This document shows, piece by piece, positions 32,819 through 38,321 of a stretch of 38,321 nt of DNA. The translations under genes and the position numbers were made by a program. The stretch's first letter is position 1. Each line of letters starts with the position of its first letter. Source of the stretch: Methanomicrobiales archaeon (lineage in GTDB: Archaea > Halobacteriota > Methanomicrobia > Methanomicrobiales > JACTUA01); assembly GCA_028678665.1 (NCBI GenBank), contig JAJRDA010000001.1:1-38321 (forward strand), in the 5' to 3' direction. The notes below the pieces were generated by a model. It did no database searches, was not told where the DNA came from, and worked only from the letters and a program-made list of their open reading frames with translations.

Positions 32819-34990
32819 TCAGCCGCCCCCCGGTAACCGGGTCTGGGGATCGGCGGGCGGCGGGGGCGCCTCCCCGCCGGCCCCCCCGCGTCTCCTGCCG
32901 CGCGCGGCGATATCGGAGAGGACCTGCGCGGCCACCGCCCGGCCCAGGAGGGGTGTCAGCACATCCAGCCCGGCGTCTGCCACCGCCTGCGGCGAGGTGA
33001 TCCCCTGGTTGAAGAGGCGCCGTGCCCGAACCCTCCCGATGCCCCGCAGCGATACGAGAGGCAGGAGCTCCGGTTTCACGCCGTACTTCATCCGGGTCTC
33101 CATGGCAGCGACCGCTGCAGCATGGACGGGGACAAAGGCCCGGGAGATGCGGGCTGACGCGTGGAGGAGCCACCCCACTCCTTCCGTGAGGCCATAGATG
33201 TCGCCGGGGTTGATCCCGTACCGCTCGCAGATCGTGGCCTCCCCCACCTCGGCCGCCCAGTCCTGCAGGACGAGGGCCGTCTTCAGGCTCCGGTAGAACC
33301 CCATGAAGGCCTCCTCGTCATCCAGCGGGACGTCCACCCAGAGATCCTCCCCGTGCTCCCCCACGAACCGGTCCAGGAGCGGGATGTCCCCCTGCCGGAC
33401 GTAGAGGGTGAGCATGTCCGGCGTGCTGCAGACCAGCTGGAGGAGGCCGGTATCTGAGTACTCGGTGACGCAGGAGAGTGCCTGCAGGATCATGTCGGCG
33501 CTCCGGGGGTCCAGGTAGAGGCGGGAGACAAGGGACCCGTACTCAGTGGCCGACAGGTGGCCGGGGAGGATCGTGAGCATCTCCACTTCCGCGAGCCACG
33601 TGAGAATCCGGTCCACGTGCCGCTCCAGCGGGCCCCGCGACTTCTTCTGGTAGGCAAGCAGGGTGCGGTCCATGAACCGGAGGATCTCCTCCCGGCTGGA
33701 GGCAAAGCCGGTGGCCACCAGCGAGAGGACGTGGGTGCAGAGGGCGGCACGGCTGGTGCAGCGGGATGTCACTTCCTCCGGCGGGGAGTTCACGTAGTGC
33801 TCGGCCAGGGACTGGAGGGCCAGGGCGTCCTTTGCGATCAGCACCGCCTCGCCGTAGGGGTCCAGGCCGGGCCGCCCTGCCCTCCCTGCCATCTGGTGGT
33901 ACTCCCGGACCGGGATCGGCACCATCCCCTCGCCGGTCTGGTAACGGAGGTAGTCCCGGATGATCACCCGGCGGGCCGGGAGGTTCAGACCGGCGGCAAG
34001 GGTGGGGGTGGAGGCGATGCACCGGATCTTCCCGGACCGGAATCCCCGTTCGACGATGGCCCGCTGCTCCCTGCGGAGGCCGGCGTGGTGGAAGGCCGCA
34101 CCCTGCGCGACGCATGCAGCCAGCGTCCGGTCCATCTCGGTCTCGGCCAGGCTTCCCAGCTCCCGGGACGCCGTGTCCAGCTCCGGCTCATGGCACGCGA
34201 GGGCACCGGCGGCACGCTTCGCGAATGCCTCCGCGTTCCTCCGGGATGACACAAAGACGAGGCACTGCCCGCCCTCGGCCACCGTGTCCAGGCAGAGGTT
34301 CAGGTCATCGAACCGGGAGACACCTTCCACCCGGCGCGGCCCCTCCGGGAAATGGATGGCGCCCCGGTGGAAGACCCCTTCCCGGAGCACCACCGGCCGC
34401 CAGGTGCCGGTCACCACCTCGGCGTCCAGCCACCCGGCCAGCTCCTTCGGGTTGCCGATGGTGGCCGAGAGGGCCAGCACCTGCATGGCAGGGTTCCGGG
34501 CCCGGAGCTTTGTCACCACCATCTCCAGGGTGGGGCCCCGGCCCTCGTCGTCCAGCAGGTGCACCTCGTCCACGACGAGGAGCGTGATCTCCGAGAGCCA
34601 GGGGGTGCGGTTCCGGAGCAGCGAGTCCACCTTCTCGCTCGTTGCCACAATGATGTGGCAGCGCCCGAGCGCCTCTTCCCTCCGGTCGTAATCGCCGGTG
34701 GCGATGCCGGTGACAGGCCCCTTGCGGCGGAACTCCTCGAACTTCTCGCTGGCGAGGGCTTTTAACGGCACGATGTACAGGCACCGCCCCCCCCGGGCGA
34801 TGTGGTGGTGCATCGCCATCTCGGCGACGAGCGTCTTCCCGCTCGCAGTCGGGATGGCCACGAGCAGGTTCCTGCCGTCGAAGATCCCCTTCCGGACGCA
34901 CTCCTCCTGCGGGGGATACAGGGAAGTGATCCCGGACCGGATATAGTGCTCCTTGAGACCCTCAGGGATGGGCAGCGCGGCGATCTCCAT
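32819..34990 (-). CDS. hel308: Ski2-like DNA helicase Hel308
   Basis: LYPPQEE (Q motif), AIPTASGKT (motif I), DEVH (motif II), SAT (III), HHAGL, TPTLAAGLNLPARRVI and QMAGRAGRPG (VI) are present. The winged-helix/ratchet domains and the C-terminal HLH GIGRVRARRL follow. Confidence 0.9.
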   Translation of the reverse strand: MEIAALPIPEGLKEHYIRSGITSLYPPQEECVRKGIFDGRNLLVAIPTASGKTLVAEMAMHHHIARGGRCLYIVPLKALASEKFEEFRRKGPVTGIATGDYDRREEALGRCHIIVATSEKVDSLLRNRTPWLSEITLLVVDEVHLLDDEGRGPTLEMVVTKLRARNPAMQVLALSATIGNPKELAGWLDAEVVTGTWRPVVLREGVFHRGAIHFPEGPRRVEGVSRFDDLNLCLDTVAEGGQCLVFVSSRRNAEAFAKRAAGALACHEPELDTASRELGSLAETEMDRTLAACVAQGAAFHHAGLRREQRAIVERGFRSGKIRCIASTPTLAAGLNLPARRVIIRDYLRYQTGEGMVPIPVREYHQMAGRAGRPGLDPYGEAVLIAKDALALQSLAEHYVNSPPEEVTSRCTSRAALCTHVLSLVATGFASSREEILRFMDRTLLAYQKKSRGPLERHVDRILTWLAEVEMLTILPGHLSATEYGSLVSRLYLDPRSADMILQALSCVTEYSDTGLLQLVCSTPDMLTLYVRQGDIPLLDRFVGEHGEDLWVDVPLDDEEAFMGFYRSLKTALVLQDWAAEVGEATICERYGINPGDIYGLTEGVGWLLHASARISRAFVPVHAAAVAAMETRMKYGVKPELLPLVSLRGIGRVRARRLFNQGITSPQAVADAGLDVLTPLLGRAVAAQVLSDIAARGRRRGGAGGEAPPPPADPQTRLPGGG

Positions 34991-35053
34991 CGTCAGGTCC
35001 CGGAACGCCGATTATCCGGGTCCATCCCGTAACCGGCGTCCATGCCCCGTCCG

Positions 35054-35596
35054 TCAGTAATAGGTACCCAGCAGGTCCTGGGCCGTCTCGCGCTTCTTCT
35101 TGTCCAGGAAGGAGAAGACCGTCTCGTGGGGGACGCCGTTTATGAGCATCTCGATGGCCGTGCGGGCGGTCTTCAGCTGCTCGTGGCCCCCGATCATGGC
35201 CACGGACTTGCCGAAGACCGAGATCTGCGTCCCCGTCATCTCCTCGATCTGCTCCCGGGACCGGCCATCCCGTCCGATGATCCGGCCCCGGATCCGCTCC
35301 AGTTGTGCGGTGGTCTCGGCGATGCCCGTGAGGTCGATGAGGTCCAGCATGGCGTCATCATCCCGGAGGAGCAGGAAAGCCCGCTCGGGCGAGAAACCGC
35401 GGCTGATGGCCCGGATCACCTCCACCGCCGTGATCACCCCCTCCGCATTCTCGCCCTCCACGATGGCGAGGCCCTCCTTGCTGTCCACGCGGATCACGGC
35501 GCCCGTCTTCTCCTCCAGTTCCCGTTTCGTGGCCCCACCTTTGCCGATGAGGGCCCCCACCCGGTCCCCCCCGATCCGCACCTCTTCCCGTGTCAT
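35054..35596 (-). CDS. KH-domain RNA-binding protein (archaeal Dim2/Pno1-like)
   Basis: There are two KH GXXG motifs: GALIGKGGATKRELEE and GRIIGRDGRSREQIEE. The position directly downstream of rio1 is conserved. The start is ATG 35596, or a TTG at 35623 overlapping the rio1 stop. Confidence 0.8.
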   Translation of the reverse strand: MTREEVRIGGDRVGALIGKGGATKRELEEKTGAVIRVDSKEGLAIVEGENAEGVITAVEVIRAISRGFSPERAFLLLRDDDAMLDLIDLTGIAETTAQLERIRGRIIGRDGRSREQIEEMTGTQISVFGKSVAMIGGHEQLKTARTAIEMLINGVPHETVFSFLDKKKRETAQDLLGTYY

Positions 35597-35619
35597 GGCC
35601 GATGCCCTGGTTGATCCGA

Positions 35620-36399
35620 TCAAGGCCCTTCGAACCGTTCGCCGGCGATGCGGCGCAGCAGGACCTCGTCTCCTATGGTTTCGCAGTGCTGCGAGAAAAA
35701 CCTGTTCACGTTCCGGATATCCCGCAACAGAAACGGGATCGCCCGGGGATGATCGCGCGTCACGGCCTGTCCCATGTCGATCAGGAATGCGTGGCCCCCT
35801 GAGAAGAGGATGTTGAACTCGGAGAGGTCCCCGTGGACCAGCTTCGCCTCCTTATAGAGCCGGTCCATCGCATCCACGACCTCGGTATAGACGGCCGCGG
35901 GGTCCTCTAACTCCACCAGCCGGATCTGGGGATAGGGGACCCCCTCTTCCCCCAGGAACTCCATCAGCAGGATGTTGCGGTCAAAGGCGTAGGGTTCCGG
36001 GACCCGGAGGCCGGCAGAGCGTGCCCGCTTCAGGTTCGAGAACTCTTTCCGCGTCCATGCAAAGATGATCTCCTTCCTCGTGCGCCGGACGTTTCTGAAC
36101 CGGGGATCGCCATCCAGGTACTCGGTCATGGCCTTGAAGTTGGCGGTGCGCATCATGTAGATCTTGATGGCCACGCCCTTCCCGTCCCGTTTGCCGTAGA
36201 AGACGTTCCCCTCCTTCCCCGTGGCGACTACACCGCCAATCTCCGAGAAGATCTTCTTGTGGGCGAGTTTGTACAGGGCGAGGAGGGTTACCTCGTCGAA
36301 GACATCCCCCCGGACCTTTAACTGGTCCGCATCCTTGACCCGGATCCCCAGCTCCTCCAGCCGGCGATCGAAGTCCCTGCGGAGGGTTTCCGGGTCCAT
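35620..36399 (-). CDS. rio1: RIO-type serine/threonine protein kinase Rio1
   Basis: GGVVATGKEGNVFYG, VAIKIY, LVHGDLSEFNIL and FLIDMGQAV are the RIO kinase motifs. Confidence 0.9.
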   Translation of the reverse strand: MDPETLRRDFDRRLEELGIRVKDADQLKVRGDVFDEVTLLALYKLAHKKIFSEIGGVVATGKEGNVFYGKRDGKGVAIKIYMMRTANFKAMTEYLDGDPRFRNVRRTRKEIIFAWTRKEFSNLKRARSAGLRVPEPYAFDRNILLMEFLGEEGVPYPQIRLVELEDPAAVYTEVVDAMDRLYKEAKLVHGDLSEFNILFSGGHAFLIDMGQAVTRDHPRAIPFLLRDIRNVNRFFSQHCETIGDEVLLRRIAGERFEGP

Positions 36400-36411
36400 G
36401 GTCAGCCCCGG

Positions 36412-37353
36412 TCACCCCAGCCGGTCCCTGACCGGGGCCAGCACCTCGGCCAGGGAGGCGGCGGTGGCGGTCTTCAGGTCCATGGGATGGACCTGACCGC
36501 TCCCGTACGCGTCTTCCAGATCCTGGTAACCGGAGAAGGTCCGGTCCCCGCCAAACTTCGCCGGGCGCTTGACGGTGACGCTCCCCAAGCGAGGGAAGAC
36601 GTGGTGCTGGAGGATCTGGAGGACCGGGTTGTCCGCGATGCCCGGCGGGCAGAACGCCTTCCCGATCTTCTTCTTGATCGCCTCCTCGCTGTCGGCCACC
36701 GAGATGTAGTTCCCTTTCGACGACGACATCTTCTCCCCGTCCAGCCCCAGCAGGATGGGGGTGTGGATGCACGCGGGGGCCGGGTAGCCGACGGACGGCA
36801 GGTGCTCCCGGGCCAGCATGTGGATCTTGCGCTGGTCGATGCCCCCCACCGCGGCGTCCACCCGGAGACGGGCGATATCCACCATCTGCATGATGGGGTA
36901 GATCATCTGGGAGACGGTGGGGTGCTCCATCTGCCTCCCCACCTCGTCCATGGACCGGTGGGCCCGGGAGAGGGTAATCTCCTGGGCCAGGCGCAGCACC
37001 AGCAGCTCGTACTCGGGGTTCAGCTGGAGATCGGACCCGGTCACGTACTCCACGTTCCCCAGGCCCAGCGCCTCGAAGCAGGCGCGGTTGTACCGGGCCA
37101 GCTCCCCCACCTCTTCCAGGGTTCCCTTCCGGTTCAGGAACGCGTGGAGGTCGGCGAGGAGCACCACCACGTCGAAGCCTGCTTCCTTCAGGTCCACGAG
37201 CTTGTTCACCGTCACCAGGTGGCCCAGGTGGATCTCTCCGCTGGGCTCGTAGCCGGCATAGACCCGTTTCTTCGGCTGTGCAAGCACCCTCCGGAGATCC
37301 TCGTCGGTGATGACCTCCACCGTGTTGCGCGTCGCGAGGCTGTAGGGGTCCAT
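36412..37353 (-). CDS. tyrS: Tyrosine--tRNA ligase (archaeal type)
   Basis: GYEPSGEIHLGH is the HIGH motif and KMSSSKGN is the KMSKS motif. The protein is about 313 aa, with no C-terminal S4 domain. Confidence 0.9.
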   Translation of the reverse strand: MDPYSLATRNTVEVITDEDLRRVLAQPKKRVYAGYEPSGEIHLGHLVTVNKLVDLKEAGFDVVVLLADLHAFLNRKGTLEEVGELARYNRACFEALGLGNVEYVTGSDLQLNPEYELLVLRLAQEITLSRAHRSMDEVGRQMEHPTVSQMIYPIMQMVDIARLRVDAAVGGIDQRKIHMLAREHLPSVGYPAPACIHTPILLGLDGEKMSSSKGNYISVADSEEAIKKKIGKAFCPPGIADNPVLQILQHHVFPRLGSVTVKRPAKFGGDRTFSGYQDLEDAYGSGQVHPMDLKTATAASLAEVLAPVRDRLG

Positions 37354-37391
37354 CCGTAAACCGTGGGAACCGTTCGGTGTTAAGCCTTCTT

Positions 37392-38321
37392 CTAGAGGGC
37401 CGTGAACTTCATGGCCGCGTTGGTCATCCGGACCGACTCGGCAGGGTCCTTCACCGATCCCACCATGGCGCGGATGGCGTCCACGTTCTCCACGACGATG
37501 TCCGCTTCCTGGTGGATCGCCTGGAAGAAGTACACCTCCGACCCGATCACCCCGATGGAGTCAGCAAAGACGCAGCTCTCCCACAGGTCGCCCCGGGGAC
37601 GTCCCAGGTCCATCGCGTACTCCTTCAGCTCCGCGGTGGACTTGATGCCAGTCCCCCCGCGCACCAGGCCGATCCGCGGGTGGGCCTCGATCAGCTTCAG
37701 GATCCCTTCCTTTGTCGCCGGCTTCTTCAGGTCCATCTGCACAGCATGCATGTGCATGAAGGTGGTGGGCACGATCATCGCCATCGTGGTGATGTCGATA
37801 TGGGGGAGCACCGTCTGGACATCGGGACCGTGATGACTCGGTATGGTGACCGGGTCCAGGACCACCGCGTCCACCGGACCCTTCTTCACCTCGCCCGGAT
37901 CCGATGCCCGTCGGACCATGGTAGCCCGGACCTTGGCAACGCCGTATGCCTTATCGAGCGTATTGATGATCCGGCAGAGCCCGGTCGTGTTGCAGGAGAC
38001 CACCCGGACGAACTGGCGGCCGATCGCGTCCCGGTAGTTACAGTCCGAGCAGAAGGAGAAGCCCGCCACCTCGTGATCCTCACCCCCCTGGAAGATCGCC
38101 TTCTTCCCCAGCTTCTTATAAAGCGGCAGGTTCTCCTTACCGACGCCGCCGGGTGTGGCATCCACGATCACGTCAGCCCGCTTGAGCATATCCTCGACGG
38201 AACCTGCAACGTCAAGGCCCAGCTTCTCGAATGCACCCTTCTTTGCGAGATCTGCGATGTAGAGCGGGAATCCCCTCTCCTTCGCCACGTAGGCCTCGAA
38301 CGAGGGCCGGGTCTTGGAGAC
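37392..38321 (-). CDS. gap: Archaeal (type II) glyceraldehyde-3-phosphate dehydrogenase, N-terminus beyond the window edge
   Basis: The frame stays open to nt 38321 (VSKTRPSFEAYVAKERGFPLY...). The catalytic region is VVSCNTTGLCR. Also present are VRRASDPGEVKKGP and IPSHHGPDVQTV. Confidence 0.9.
   Translation of the reverse strand, partial: VSKTRPSFEAYVAKERGFPLYIADLAKKGAFEKLGLDVAGSVEDMLKRADVIVDATPGGVGKENLPLYKKLGKKAIFQGGEDHEVAGFSFCSDCNYRDAIGRQFVRVVSCNTTGLCRIINTLDKAYGVAKVRATMVRRASDPGEVKKGPVDAVVLDPVTIPSHHGPDVQTVLPHIDITTMAMIVPTTFMHMHAVQMDLKKPATKEGILKLIEAHPRIGLVRGGTGIKSTAELKEYAMDLGRPRGDLWESCVFADSIGVIGSEVYFFQAIHQEADIVVENVDAIRAMVGSVKDPAESVRMTNAAMKFTAL

Noticed and set aside
1-38321. I scanned both strands for CRISPR arrays, IS elements or transposases, integrases, prophage genes, toxin-antitoxin pairs and known defence cassettes.
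   Set aside because: There are no regularly spaced repeat-spacer array and no DDE/serine/tyrosine recombinase motifs. The supplied translations contain no small paired ORFs with toxin/antitoxin signatures. The only dispersed repeats are the non-coding palindromic elements reported above.

Overview
This is a high-GC archaeal chromosome segment. Its gene content fits a hydrogenotrophic methanogen of the Methanomicrobiales type: thiol:fumarate reductase TfrAB, RibL-type FAD synthase, a DHPS-like pterin protein, archaeal SepF, Sm/L37e, Hel308, KEOPS Cgi121, Rio1, archaeal GAPDH and a tungsten-type AOR. All identifications come from reading motifs in the supplied translations; no database search was possible. 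Most of the window is densely packed housekeeping genes, and many are linked by 1-8 nt start/stop overlaps. I see no CRISPR array, transposase, integrase or recognisable defence or toxin cassette. Six things stand out. (1) A chromosomal replication origin lies next to orc1/cdc6, with textbook ORB boxes (CTCCAGTGGAAAnAAAGGGGT type). (2) A second cluster of ORB boxes sits about 3 kb away, so the two clusters bracket a cdc6-lrp-aminotransferase operon. (3) At the left edge are two large, diverged, paralogous secreted vWA-domain proteins. Each has a Cys-rich insertion, both share an identical C-terminal tail PKIILR, and they are separated by a very AT-rich island. (4) A family of GC-rich palindromic intergenic repeats has at least 4 copies. 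(5) There is a glutaredoxin-like/thioredoxin-reductase-like fusion with a non-canonical pyridine-nucleotide motif. (6) There is a small chimeric ORF made of a flavoprotein N-terminus and a membrane tail. Many long ORFs in the six-frame track are antisense, Arg/Pro/Gly-rich artefacts of high GC and are not annotated.
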